Positions 16,091 through 26,035 of a stretch of 35,689 nt of DNA are shown one piece after another (the stretch's first letter is position 1; each line of letters begins with the position of its first letter). Under the pieces are notes generated by a model. The model saw only the letters and a program-made list of their open reading frames with translations. It ran no database searches and was not told the DNA's origin. The DNA is taken from positions 1-35,689 of the IMG/VR virus record IMGVR_UViG_3300017963_000515. One strand, written 5' to 3'. A program made the position numbers and the translations under genes. Origin of the DNA: a virus. Taxonomy: Duplodnaviria > Caudoviricetes.

Positions 16091-19000
16091 AAACTCACCC
16101 TTGTTATATCTCCGGCGCCGTAAAGCGCGCTGTTTTTAGCTATCGCAAACTCTAAAGTGCCTTGAGTAGCCCCAAAATCTGTAACTTGCAACGCATCGGT
16201 GTACGTGTACGTAGTATCGTTTGTTACAGTGATAGTACGCAAAACAATGTTGTCCGCACTCGTATCTAGTATATAGATTAGATACTCCTCTATGCTATCG
16301 TCCTGGATAACGTCAAATCGGTTTTTCCACTCAATGCCGTAGCGCGCTTTTCTGTTCCACGACAACACCCAGTCCCCATTGTCCGCTTTGTACCCGGTTA
16401 CCGCCGTGGGGGGCAACGGTAGCGCGCCGTTACCTGTGACCGGCGCGTAAGTGTCAACTACGTCACGCAGGCCCGAGTTGCCGTAGCCCGCCATGCGAAT
16501 CAAAGCCGTTTCCTCAAATCTATCGGCAGGCGGTATATACCTCACCATCAACGACCGGTCAAACTTTATAAGCATGTCGCCTATTTCGTGCTGGCCCATA
16601 AAATGGTCGGTACCTTTGTACCCGCGTAAAAAGTCTGTTGCTTCATATGTGCCGTCTCCGTTATCCGTAAACGTTTGGATTTTGACCATTTCCCAACGAC
16701 CCGGCGCGCCATAGAAAAACGTGTTTGTTTCCTGATCGCTTAACAGTTGTGCCCGCGTAACTGTGACCGGCGTGCCGTCTAAGACATGTATAGTCATGGA
16801 CTCTCGGCCGTCGACAAACCCCGGTTCGCCGTCTCCAAGAGCGTCCACACATCGACAAGCCAAGACGTTTGCCCGACGGTTAACGAGGTCTAAAAACGTG
16901 TTGCCGTCGTCGTAACTGACTTGTATACCTACGCCGCCGGGGTCTTGGTCTCCCGCCGTGTAGGCCCCAATCCAAAACCCAGGCCCGTCCTCCGATGCAG
17001 TAAACCCTAGCGAGTCAACGATTATTGGGACTACTGACGAAAAACTTGGGTTGACTGTTGTCGTCGACAGCCCGGTGTAGGCAATTGACGCGGCGCCGTA
17101 ATTTTCGAGAATATCCGGGCGAATGGTAAACTTGACGATTCCCGGCCGCCCTGCTTCCTTGTTTACTATGCGCCCTGTGTACGAAGTACCGTCTTCTGCG
17201 GTGGCGGTCACAAATTGACCTACTTCCAAATCCGAATGCTTGAACGTGGTTTGAAAACTAATGTCTCCTTGTTCCGCGTTATGCGTGGCCCGCGAAATAC
17301 GTTCTAAAGCCGTATATGCTTCGCCGGTTGTTAGTGCTACGGGAAATTGCATATCAACGCGGGCAGAATTTTCTCCAAACGGCGATTCAATTTGCACCGT
17401 CCCAGGCTGGTAGTCGCTTTCGATGTCCCGGAATGTTGCAGAAAACACGCTTGGCGACTTGTAATTGGCCGGAGTCGTCGTCTGTATTTCAAACGGCTTT
17501 TGTCCAACCTCGTGCGCTTGTAGGTCTGCCGCCGGGATACTGCGCGTAATGCTTGCATTCTCGCGCAAAACAAACTTAATTTTATAGTCCTCTTCAATCA
17601 TGTCAAAGAGATAGACCTTGGCCAGCGCCATAATTGAGTTGATCGCGGGGGCTTGTTCGGCCACAACCATGCCGTTTACGGTAATGCCGGACAAGTCAGT
17701 AACGTCTATGTCGCTAGCGGTTAGTACGCCGGTACGCTGGCACAACGTGCTCACGACCTCGTCCAAAGTCGTGGTGGTGCCGGCTTTAATAGCCACTGTG
17801 TTCGGTCCGTGGTAGTACCGGTGTTGTTCAACAGCCGTCCGAATGTCCTGGCTAATTGTGGAATCAAACAAAAGAGTAAGCGCGCCCCCGGTAGCAATTA
17901 ATGCGTCCGTAAAGACGCCCGCTTTATATTGAGGGTACGCCACAACCTCTAAACTTTCGTATCCCGTAGACGGCAAAGTGTCTAGCACATCTGCAATACT
18001 GCTCGTAGTTTGTACGACACTTGTGGTGTCGCGGTCTATTTCTATCATGCGGCCAGGAAAAATTACATATTTGCCCCCGCTCACAAAGCCGTTGCCGTCA
18101 TAGTCTTCACCTTCCGGTGTGATTGTTCCATATGATGCAATGGTTGAAAAATCCCCGCGATCGATTTCATAAAAACCGTTGGCCGCCACGCCGGACATTT
18201 CAGGAAATTCGGCGGTCATGTTCGTGTCGGCCTCGTCATACCCTCCGTTAACGTAGGCATACAGCCGTTCATTTTCGTAGTCCGGGATCAGTCGGTTAAA
18301 AGTTCGGCCCAGCACTTTGTACGAGTCGCTAAAGTTTCGAGGAATCCCGCTGACTACGTAATTCTCGTCGCTCCGATAGTAAAAAAATGTTCTCCAATCA
18401 AAGAGGCCTTTCTTTTTATAAAATTCAATAGGCCGGGGAAATCTTATGTTAGCGTCAATGGCGATAGTCCCTACAAACCCCTCGTTTGGCGGGGATCCCC
18501 CTGAATTTGCGGAACCAATCCAAATATAAATTTTGTCGAAGTATTTTTCGCATTTTAAAGCTTTGCCGTTGTTAATAATTGACCCGGTGTCATAGGTGGC
18601 GGCATCTGTAGATAGTTGATAATCCGCCGGATTAAAACCGTTTAAGCACACCACGGACATGCGGTCACCAATCGCTTTGCCGATTGCAAAACGAACGTTA
18701 AAAGTGTTTCCGACCGCATAGCGGATAAAATACAGGTCTTGAGTGTTGCGAATTGCCTTAATAAACACGTTAAACTTCCGGGCCGTGAAGCTTCCGCCCA
18801 CATCGTACAGAGCTTTGTCCCCGTCAACCGGTAAATCAAAAGGGTAAAGCCACGTTTCTCGCTCTACGCGAGGAGGCAGCCCGCTTGCGCTACCGACATC
18901 GACACGGCTGATCGCATCGATGTCGTATTCCTGGCGAGATATCCTATATGCTAGGAATGTTTTTGTGCCGGGAATAACTGCCGACACTTGGTTTGAAAAC

Positions 19001-19923
19001 AGGTAGCGCACTTCTTTTACGGAGGACGACGGGATTTTTACAGACTCCCACGGTTTTGAGTTGTGATACGAACTGGCCCAAATACGTGTGCCTTCTACGT
19101 GGTGAACGCCATACATCCCGTTATCAGAGGTGTAATTAGGCGACGCCGGCAAAAAATCGTAAACGGTATTGCCCGCATAGCTAGGGTCGTATTTATAACT
19201 GTCTGGAACTTGTAAAAATATAGTGGCGATGATTTGCCCGCCGGGAAAAAGTTTCTCTGCATCAACCACGGTGGCGGAGGATCCCGGAACGTAGTCGATG
19301 CTTCTGCGAGTGGCAAGCACGCGAAAAGTGGGCAAAGTGTTGAAAAACGATTCGCTAAGGTTCATATTTTCGATCATGAGCGTAGATCGGTTTCGAAACG
19401 GTATTGCGTTTGTCGACTGCTCGGCCACGATCGCTTCTGCGGGCAAAGCGTCAACCTCTCCCCGGTGCAGCGTTATTTTAAACTCGTCCTCGCTTTCTTT
19501 GTCCGCGATCAAATTCGGCTGCGATCGGTCGTAGTACAGAACATTATTACACCAGACTTTGTCTATGGTCTCGAACTCGGCTTCGCCCAGATCTAAGAGA
19601 ACGGTGGCTTTATAAGTGTACGACGTTTGATATTGATTTTTGGATACTTCGTTGCGCGATGATTGTTCGATGTACTTGTTGCCCTGCATCCACGCGATGG
19701 AAACAGGCACAACGTCTTGGCCAAACAGAAGCGGAATGGTGGAGCCGTAATCTGCGTCGTTAAATTCGCGATTTTCGACGCGCGGCCCGGGCGGAAGGTC
19801 CACCTCGGTAAAGGCGGTTCCAATGGAGTACCCGACCTGAGCGCCAGTAAGTGGCGAGCCAAAGAAGGCCCCAACAACAGCACCTAGCGCGGTCCCTACG
19901 ATCTGCTCAGTGCTCTTACCCAT
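16087..19923 (-). CDS. Tail tip / GTA megatron-like central tail protein
   Basis: GPR......ADYG..IP.LFG, PFRN, LPTF; C-terminal WEMVK...YE..DFLRGYKGT and LSWNRKAR; follows NlpC/P60. Confidence 0.85.
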   Translation of the reverse strand: MGKSTEQIVGTALGAVVGAFFGSPLTGAQVGYSIGTAFTEVDLPPGPRVENREFNDADYGSTIPLLFGQDVVPVSIAWMQGNKYIEQSSRNEVSKNQYQTSYTYKATVLLDLGEAEFETIDKVWCNNVLYYDRSQPNLIADKESEDEFKITLHRGEVDALPAEAIVAEQSTNAIPFRNRSTLMIENMNLSESFFNTLPTFRVLATRRSIDYVPGSSATVVDAEKLFPGGQIIATIFLQVPDSYKYDPSYAGNTVYDFLPASPNYTSDNGMYGVHHVEGTRIWASSYHNSKPWESVKIPSSSVKEVRYLFSNQVSAVIPGTKTFLAYRISRQEYDIDAISRVDVGSASGLPPRVERETWLYPFDLPVDGDKALYDVGGSFTARKFNVFIKAIRNTQDLYFIRYAVGNTFNVRFAIGKAIGDRMSVVCLNGFNPADYQLSTDAATYDTGSIINNGKALKCEKYFDKIYIWIGSANSGGSPPNEGFVGTIAIDANIRFPRPIEFYKKKGLFDWRTFFYYRSDENYVVSGIPRNFSDSYKVLGRTFNRLIPDYENERLYAYVNGGYDEADTNMTAEFPEMSGVAANGFYEIDRGDFSTIASYGTITPEGEDYDGNGFVSGGKYVIFPGRMIEIDRDTTSVVQTTSSIADVLDTLPSTGYESLEVVAYPQYKAGVFTDALIATGGALTLLFDSTISQDIRTAVEQHRYYHGPNTVAIKAGTTTTLDEVVSTLCQRTGVLTASDIDVTDLSGITVNGMVVAEQAPAINSIMALAKVYLFDMIEEDYKIKFVLRENASITRSIPAADLQAHEVGQKPFEIQTTTPANYKSPSVFSATFRDIESDYQPGTVQIESPFGENSARVDMQFPVALTTGEAYTALERISRATHNAEQGDISFQTTFKHSDLEVGQFVTATAEDGTSYTGRIVNKEAGRPGIVKFTIRPDILENYGAASIAYTGLSTTTVNPSFSSVVPIIVDSLGFTASEDGPGFWIGAYTAGDQDPGGVGIQVSYDDGNTFLDLVNRRANVLACRCVDALGDGEPGFVDGRESMTIHVLDGTPVTVTRAQLLSDQETNTFFYGAPGRWEMVKIQTFTDNGDGTYEATDFLRGYKGTDHFMGQHEIGDMLIKFDRSLMVRYIPPADRFEETALIRMAGYGNSGLRDVVDTYAPVTGNGALPLPPTAVTGYKADNGDWVLSWNRKARYGIEWKNRFDVIQDDSIEEYLIYILDTSADNIVLRTITVTNDTTYTYTDALQVTDFGATQGTLEFAIAKNSALYGAGDITRVSL

Positions 19924-20332
19924 CGAACTTTATCCTATAATAAGTGCAGCGGGAGGGCTTAAAATATACGCTGTTTGTTATGCAAGTAAGCGCAACTTTG
20001 CCCACGCGTGGGTGGCAGTGTATTGCATAGCCTTCCCCGGCGTACACTAACAAATGCGTGACCGGGTAGCGGTTGCAAACAATAATGTCTCCCGGGTGCT
20101 CGGCGGAGGGAATTTCAACGCAATGCTCAAGTATGTGCGGCTTTGGGTCTGTGCGCGACAGGATGCTGTAGCTGGGAATGCTTAGGTCTCTCCCCATTTC
20201 GCTTAGAGACGCCAATATAACCCCGGCACAATCGTACCCAACGCTGCCCCGTCCCCCTTCAACAAACTTGGCGCCCAGTTTGGCCCGCACCAGGTCCATA
20301 AATTTACTTTGTTCCGCCGACAACTTTGACAT
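19916..20332 (-). CDS. NlpC/P60 tail peptidase
   Basis: GR...GYDCAG, PGD, THL, IH. Confidence 0.85.
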   Translation of the reverse strand: MSKLSAEQSKFMDLVRAKLGAKFVEGGRGSVGYDCAGVILASLSEMGRDLSIPSYSILSRTDPKPHILEHCVEIPSAEHPGDIIVCNRYPVTHLLVYAGEGYAIHCHPRVGKVALTCITNSVYFKPSRCTYYRIKFDG

Positions 20333-21392
20333 TTAATGCCCCTGGTTTGTATGGGTCGCCTTGGTAGTTGTAGGTGTTTAAAAAGCGAGAATTGCAATCT
20401 GCCGCCAAAAGTTTTGTGCACCCGGCCACAAAGGTCAAACTGTTGCCGACGGTGGGCGTTGTCAAAAACGCGCGGTCGACGACAAACGTGGAGCCGCTGC
20501 CCGAAACTATGCGCCTTCGCTCTCCAACGCCGGGCCCGCTGCCTACAGTAATGTACCCGTTAGTATAATGGTCGTCTAAATACGCCGGAACCGTCTCGGT
20601 TATATTGACCGTGGTGCCCGCAACCGAAGCCACAGTGAGCGCTAGTCTGTGCGGGCGGACCGCGACCCAAGTAACGGTATTGTCGCTTGTAGTGGCGTTA
20701 AGCGACGTAGTCCAAGTGGGCTCTGTTGCGTCGCTAGTCCCGGCCGTGCTACACCGGAACCAATAAAAATTTTGTGTAGAGGGCTTGACTACATCTCCTA
20801 TTTTGGCATCTGTTATACTCGTGGCCGCGTACGCCGTGGCCGCTTGCCACTCGCTGGCGTTAAGGTTAACACCGCAACGTTCGTCCCCGAGTTTTGCACG
20901 GCAAAGTCGAGTCCGCTTTTCGCCCAAATTAATGTTAAGAACGTCGATAAGAGAAGAAAACTTGAGTACGTAGCGGCCGTCTTCAATAGTTGCTTCGCCA
21001 AAGTAGCCGCTGAAAATTGCTTCATCATCCTCAACAGGCGCTGTGTAATCGGTTTGGAAAATATAAACGCGAGCCTTATCGAAAAATCCTGATAAGATTG
21101 CATTTCTGGTTACCCCCGTTGAGCTGGCTATGCCTTCTATGTCAATTGAGCCGGCTTGATTTTCGTCCATCCCCACCGCGCTTAAAACAAACCCTTGGTC
21201 GCTCTGATAAGTCACGGGTGCGGCCAGCGAGGTAGCAGTGCCTGCGTTATTGTATGTGGTCATCGTCAGGTTAGAAACGGCGTTTGTAAACCGGTACACT
21301 GTGCCGTCAGTCCGCACAATTCGCACGCATTCACAATCTTGCATTAAATTGGTGTCTTTTGCCGTTCGGCGGGCCGCCGTGAGTACTGCCAT
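20304..21392 (-). CDS. Baseplate hub (DUF2163 / GTA g13-like)
   Basis: RTDG.VYRFT, G.FD.A.V, CRAKLGDERC, GCTK....C..RFLN..NYQGDP..PG. Confidence 0.85.
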   Translation of the reverse strand: MAVLTAARRTAKDTNLMQDCECVRIVRTDGTVYRFTNAVSNLTMTTYNNAGTATSLAAPVTYQSDQGFVLSAVGMDENQAGSIDIEGIASSTGVTRNAILSGFFDKARVYIFQTDYTAPVEDDEAIFSGYFGEATIEDGRYVLKFSSLIDVLNINLGEKRTRLCRAKLGDERCGVNLNASEWQAATAYAATSITDAKIGDVVKPSTQNFYWFRCSTAGTSDATEPTWTTSLNATTSDNTVTWVAVRPHRLALTVASVAGTTVNITETVPAYLDDHYTNGYITVGSGPGVGERRRIVSGSGSTFVVDRAFLTTPTVGNSLTFVAGCTKLLAADCNSRFLNTYNYQGDPYKPGALNVKVVGGTK

Positions 21393-21796
21393 TATAGTTT
21401 TTCCGTACTGACATTTTTTACTTTGTCGAACGAGCGCATGCCCGCAATGCCCAGCATAGCTGTGATTAATGGGTAAAGCTGACTAGTGTCGACGTTTGGC
21501 GGAGGAGTAAGCTCAGGCGCAAAAGCGGCAAACGCCCACATTAGTAATGGGTATATCATAAACTGGTATAAAAGCCCGAGCGCTCCCACCCAGCCAATTG
21601 CGGGGCGCCACCCCGCTACCCACACGGACTTATGCTTGGCCGCTATTTGATTAATCTGTTGTTGCCCTAGGACAAGAGACGCATCAAGTTGTTTTTCGGC
21701 TAGTGCTAGCTCTAGCCGTTCCTTGTCGCTGGTGTGAAAGTTGTCTGCAATTTTGCCCACACCCGAGATAATCCCACCAATATCTAAGAATTTCAT
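21392..21796 (-). CDS. Holin, 3TM GTA-release family
   Basis: TSDKER, GWRPAIGWV, MLGIAGMRSFDK; directly after the endolysin. Confidence 0.85.
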   Translation of the reverse strand: MKFLDIGGIISGVGKIADNFHTSDKERLELALAEKQLDASLVLGQQQINQIAAKHKSVWVAGWRPAIGWVGALGLLYQFMIYPLLMWAFAAFAPELTPPPNVDTSQLYPLITAMLGIAGMRSFDKVKNVSTEKL

Positions 21797-22308
21797 TATT
21801 TCGCCTCAAAAACTCGGTTTATCCATCCTAACAAAAATTTCCGCTGGCTTGGGTCTGCTGCCGCAATCCTACGATATCGGTCTATTTTAGCAAGCATAAA
21901 GCCGGCTTGAAAGGTGTGCGGATCTGTGGAGTTTAGAGCTTCTAAAGTTTTAGGGCCCATAACGCCGTCTGGATGCGCGCCCACAACGATTTGGGCTAGC
22001 CTAACCGCGCGAGGCACCCCCGTATTGACCGCAAAATCAAATAACGAGTTGGCAACTTGTTGATGTTTAATGTAGTTCCCTTGTATGGGCTTCCAGAACT
22101 TATTAAGATACAGCGATTGGGTTAGCACTTCTAGCGCACGCTGGTCTTGGGTTTTTTCGGCCAGTATTTTCCAGCCCGCCCAATCTGGAAAAGATCGCTC
22201 AGAGATGCCTGCGTAAGTGCGGCCCCCGCGATCCCCGGGCACGTGGTGCAGCTGGTAACCCCCTTCATTTTCCAGCATTTTTTCAAAAGCGGGTTGGAAT
22301 CTAGTCAT
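21796..22308 (-). CDS. Endolysin, glycoside hydrolase family 108 with peptidoglycan-binding C-terminus
   Basis: EGGY, DRGGRTYAGI, FDFAVNTG, DGVMGPKT, FLLGWINR. Confidence 0.9.
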   Translation of the reverse strand: MTRFQPAFEKMLENEGGYQLHHVPGDRGGRTYAGISERSFPDWAGWKILAEKTQDQRALEVLTQSLYLNKFWKPIQGNYIKHQQVANSLFDFAVNTGVPRAVRLAQIVVGAHPDGVMGPKTLEALNSTDPHTFQAGFMLAKIDRYRRIAAADPSQRKFLLGWINRVFEAK

Positions 22309-22309
22309 T

Positions 22310-22960
22310 TTAAGCGTTCCTTATCTCTATAAGCGGTATGTTCGGAATGCTTACTAAATCTGAAGCACTATTATCGTTATAGTAAAGAAATTCGATAATG
22401 TCCAACTCATCGGTGTCAAACCTGCACGGCACATCAAACTCGCAGCCCGCTGTAACAGTTTCCCCAACTCCTGGCGCTACCGAAAACGTTACAATTCCCG
22501 TAGTGGTGTCTACTGAGAACGCTTCGGCGCTGCCGTTATAGCCCGCCACAGTGGTGCTAGCTACTGGCTTAGTTATGGTGCGCGTGTATGTGTTGGCGCC
22601 TTTGGTGTATGTTTTGACGAGCTGAAAAGAAGTTGTGTTGCCGTCGCCTGTGCCGATTGTTACATCATCAAACGCCGGGCTTCCCGTGCCGTTTGATCCG
22701 GTGCTAAAATCAAAGAGGTCTTTGACGCGGAATCCATCAAATCGGCCGCCCGACGCCAAAAAAAAGTTATGAACGTTAATAACGTCGCTGTACCGGCGCA
22801 CGCTGTAGCGCACGTTGTACTTGTGCAGCGCCAGAGACCAACGCTGGTTGCGGTACTCAGCGCCGTTGGCGTATTTAACAACGTCGGTCATAAACGTAGG
22901 GCCGCCTTGCGACCCGTATTGAATGTTTACCGGAAATCTTGGGGTTTCTAAAAATGCCAT
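22310..22960 (-). CDS. Distal tail protein (DUF2460 / TIGR02217, GTA g12-like)
   Basis: RFP....GSQGGP.F.T, E.RNQRW, FR.KD..D, GTGDG...FQLVKTY, EFDVPCRFDTD. Confidence 0.9.
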   Translation of the reverse strand: MAFLETPRFPVNIQYGSQGGPTFMTDVVKYANGAEYRNQRWSLALHKYNVRYSVRRYSDVINVHNFFLASGGRFDGFRVKDLFDFSTGSNGTGSPAFDDVTIGTGDGNTTSFQLVKTYTKGANTYTRTITKPVASTTVAGYNGSAEAFSVDTTTGIVTFSVAPGVGETVTAGCEFDVPCRFDTDELDIIEFLYYNDNSASDLVSIPNIPLIEIRNA

Positions 22961-24675
22961 TACGCCATGTTCCCCCGTTGCATTTCTTGAAAAATCCTAG
23001 CCCGACTGGGCGTAAATGACGCCGCGTTGGGCGTGGTTATGTTGATCGCATTGTTGATGACGTTTCCTGCGCCGCCGCTACCGCTGCCGCCGCCAAAGCC
23101 GCCAAACGCTCCGGACACCACGTTACTTAGCGTACCAAAAAAGTCGTTGCCGCCGCTAAACTGACCGGAGTTGTCCCCCCCTAAACCAAAAGCCGACGAT
23201 AGATTGGCCGCTAATGCGTCTGCCGCCATGCGCCGCAACAAGTTTTTCCACATGTCGCTTATTGATTGGAAGTCGCCTTCAAGTGCAGACTCAACAGAAC
23301 CCTTTAGCGTAACGTTGACTTCTCGTTTGAACGCCTTTGAAAACTCCCTTCCCTTTTCGGCGCCTGTTTCTGCCGACGACATGCCTTGTCGCGCGCCTTC
23401 TCCTCGAATAACAACGTCGTCGGTAGCTTCGGACAAAGCACGCTCGAGTTTTTTGGAAGGGAGGTCTTCGCTTAACGTGGCTCGCAATTTAGACACTGAC
23501 TTATTTAACGCTTCGGCATTGGCAATGACGGCGTCGTCTAATATTTGAGGCGACCCAACCTCTACCGCCGCAATCTCTCTAAGGCTGGCCGCTAGGCTAG
23601 CCATCATGTCGTTAAACGGGGCTAGTTTTTCTGCAAGCTTTAATAAATTGTCTACGATAAGGTTTTTTAACCCTGTGGCCACTGCCCCAATACCGTCCAA
23701 AACCGCTTGAAAGCCCTTTAGCAGCCCGGTTGCAAACGCGTTGGCTGCCGTCACCGCAGATTGAAACAGGATTTTTACCCCGTGCAGCCCGTCGGCAAAC
23801 ACTGCTACCGCTCTTGTCACTGCAGTAAACGCACTTTTCATTTTGTTTTCAAAATCCGGCCCTAAACGCACATTGTCGCGGAGGTAGTTTGCAAACGCTT
23901 CCATATACGGGGATAAGGCCACAAATGCTTTAGTTAGCCCCAGCTTCACGACGCTTGTAAGTTTGTTAAACGCCTCATTTGCGCGTTGTGATTTGTCAAT
24001 TAGCTCCTGAGACATGAGGACGCCCGAGGCTTGCATTTCTTCTTGCAAATCCCTAAAACCTTGCGATCCCCGCATTAACGCCGGGCCCAACTTGCGTCCG
24101 AGGTCGTCGCCAAGGATACGCACAAGCGCTGCTTGGCGTGAAATGGGGTCTTGGGTGTTTTTTATGGCGTCGGCGAAAGTATCAAAAAGTTGATTTGGGT
24201 TTTTGTTCTTGAGTTCGTCGACCTCTATGCCAATTAGGGCAAAGTCGTCAACAAATGATTGCATGCCGTCTTGGGCATCTTTTGCGCGGTCCACAATAGT
24301 GTTCATTGCGTCGCCCACGTCGTTGGACTCTAGCCCCTGGCCGGCAAATGCCGCTGTGAGCGCTTGCGCCCGCTCAACGCTGATGTCTAAGCTTTTGGAC
24401 AAGTCGTCAAATTGCCGGGCCGAGTCTTGGGCAGCTTTCTGTGACGCAACAAAAGCGGTTGTTAACCCTGCTATGGCAAGAGCCGGCCCTTTTACGCTAG
24501 CGGCAAAAGTTTTTAGGCTTTTTTCTGCTTCTTTAAACGAACGTTTAAACTGCTTAGTTACGCGTTTGTATTTGGCCTTAAACGAATCTAGGTTTTTTTC
24601 GGCTTTGTTTAGGTTTGCCTTAAACTTTGCAGTATTTAGGCCCAACGTGCCGTAAAGGTTAAATGCTTGTGCCAT
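22960..24675 (-). CDS. Tape measure protein (571 aa)
   Basis: Ala/Leu/Lys-rich helical protein between the chaperones and Dit; Gly-rich C-terminus with INITTP. Confidence 0.85.
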   Translation of the reverse strand: MAQAFNLYGTLGLNTAKFKANLNKAEKNLDSFKAKYKRVTKQFKRSFKEAEKSLKTFAASVKGPALAIAGLTTAFVASQKAAQDSARQFDDLSKSLDISVERAQALTAAFAGQGLESNDVGDAMNTIVDRAKDAQDGMQSFVDDFALIGIEVDELKNKNPNQLFDTFADAIKNTQDPISRQAALVRILGDDLGRKLGPALMRGSQGFRDLQEEMQASGVLMSQELIDKSQRANEAFNKLTSVVKLGLTKAFVALSPYMEAFANYLRDNVRLGPDFENKMKSAFTAVTRAVAVFADGLHGVKILFQSAVTAANAFATGLLKGFQAVLDGIGAVATGLKNLIVDNLLKLAEKLAPFNDMMASLAASLREIAAVEVGSPQILDDAVIANAEALNKSVSKLRATLSEDLPSKKLERALSEATDDVVIRGEGARQGMSSAETGAEKGREFSKAFKREVNVTLKGSVESALEGDFQSISDMWKNLLRRMAADALAANLSSAFGLGGDNSGQFSGGNDFFGTLSNVVSGAFGGFGGGSGSGGAGNVINNAINITTPNAASFTPSRARIFQEMQRGNMA

Positions 24676-25100
24676 TATTTTGCTAGCCTCCTGCTAATGC
24701 GCACGACCGCCTTGCCAACGCCATCAATCATCGCCCCCTGGGCTTTGTGCTTCGAGGCAATAAAACCCCGGTCAAAAAACCGGTTGGGTTGCAATTTTAC
24801 AGTGCCATAGTTAACAAGGTGCGCGTGAGGGACTTTGCGAGAGAGCGTGCCGACCACGTGTTTGCCGGACTGATTTCGACGATTTTTGCGGCCCTTTCGG
24901 ACAATGACCCCGTCACGCAAATGGGTACCGCTTTTGCGGCGGGAATCGTAAGGCGCTTGTTTTTTGATCTCTTTTTGAATTTCTTTTGCCCCGGCGCGCA
25001 CTGCTTGGTCAATTGCTTTTTTTTCAAGCTCCGGCCCCAGTTTGGTCAGAATTTTTTGCAGTTCTGAGAAATCAAAACTTAGATCTACATCAACCGCCAC
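24675..25100 (-). CDS. HK97 gp10-like tail completion protein
   Basis: A.RAGA..I.......AP...G.LR, AHLVNYGT, P.RFF; GTG 25100 with AAGGA RBS. Confidence 0.8.
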   Translation of the reverse strand: MAVDVDLSFDFSELQKILTKLGPELEKKAIDQAVRAGAKEIQKEIKKQAPYDSRRKSGTHLRDGVIVRKGRKNRRNQSGKHVVGTLSRKVPHAHLVNYGTVKLQPNRFFDRGFIASKHKAQGAMIDGVGKAVVRISRRLAK

Positions 25101-25628
25101 GCAAAAATTTCCTTTTATTTCGTTCGAATTCGGCTTCGGCTTCGGCTTTGACTGTCTCGTGTTGTATTTCGTCGTGCAAAAGCCCAAAATGTGCTATCAA
25201 GAGGGCAAGTTGTCTTGGAGAAAACTCTTTCTTGATTTCGCTCGGGAATCGCCCCGTCTCAAGGAACAGCTTGAGGAAAAATCGATCGCGTGGCGCTTCC
25301 CTTAGGGCTTTTTTAGGTCTTCCTCTTCTTTTTCTGCGAGACCAGAATTGGCTTCTACGGCCGCCTCTACAAACGGGGCAAATTGAGGCCCCCAATATTC
25401 TACTAGATCTGGGTACGCTTCTATGCCAAACTCCGGCGTACCTTTTGAATTATAAATGCTTAGCGCCACCAGCGCGGGACGCATTGCAACGCCCCCGCCG
25501 TGGTTGAACGCTAAAATTTCAAAATGTGCTTCGCTCAATTCCCTTGCTTCAAACTTCTCTCCCTCGACCTCAAACGGCACCACTTTTCGACTTATCTGGC
25601 TCTTTGCTCGGTCAAGAAATTTACTCAT
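25090..25628 (-). CDS. Tail assembly chaperone GT (programmed -1 frameshift product)
   Basis: A AAA AAG at 25308-25314 enters the open -1 frame (KALREAPRDRFF...) ending at 25090. Confidence 0.8.
25302..25628 (-). CDS. Tail assembly chaperone G
   Basis: 108 aa after the tail tube gene; acidic end with CTA AAA AAG CCC TAA. Confidence 0.82.
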   Translation of the reverse strand: MSKFLDRAKSQISRKVVPFEVEGEKFEARELSEAHFEILAFNHGGGVAMRPALVALSIYNSKGTPEFGIEAYPDLVEYWGPQFAPFVEAAVEANSGLAEKEEEDLKKP

Positions 25629-26035
25629 TACGATGTGGCCCTCGACAGCGTTCCGGCAGACACGATGCTTACAGGAGTGTTAGCAGTCTCACCTACGGCG
25701 TTAGTAAACGGGTTGTAGCTGGCCACCAATCCCGTTCCGGTGTAATTGGGGTTTGTGGCTGACACGCTTCCGGCATCCGCGCGCAATATTACGGTTGCGG
25801 TAGTTCCGACCAACGGAAAAAGCGTGGCGTCAACGTTACTGGCGGCAAAATCTTGCCTAAAATTTAAATCCATTGACCACGACTTGAGACCGCCGGCCAT
25901 GATTCGAGTTAAGTCCGACATTGCGGTAGTGTCTTGCGACTCCGCTTCGTAGTTTAGGGTGGCGCTTTCGAGGTGATCACTTAAATCAGTGCCGCCGATT
26001 GAAAAAAACGCGTTAGTTAACACAAATTTAGCCAT
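25628..26035 (-). CDS. Major tail tube protein (135 aa)
   Basis: Position before the chaperone; DTT...R....GLKSWS tube-type motif. Confidence 0.8.
   Translation of the reverse strand: MAKFVLTNAFFSIGGTDLSDHLESATLNYEAESQDTTAMSDLTRIMAGGLKSWSMDLNFRQDFAASNVDATLFPLVGTTATVILRADAGSVSATNPNYTGTGLVASYNPFTNAVGETANTPVSIVSAGTLSRATS

Noticed and set aside
16087-22960. Chromosomal gene transfer agent
   Set aside because: The window has its own replication operon, cos-type HNH/P27 packaging genes and no flanking host genes, so it is a phage with GTA-like modules.
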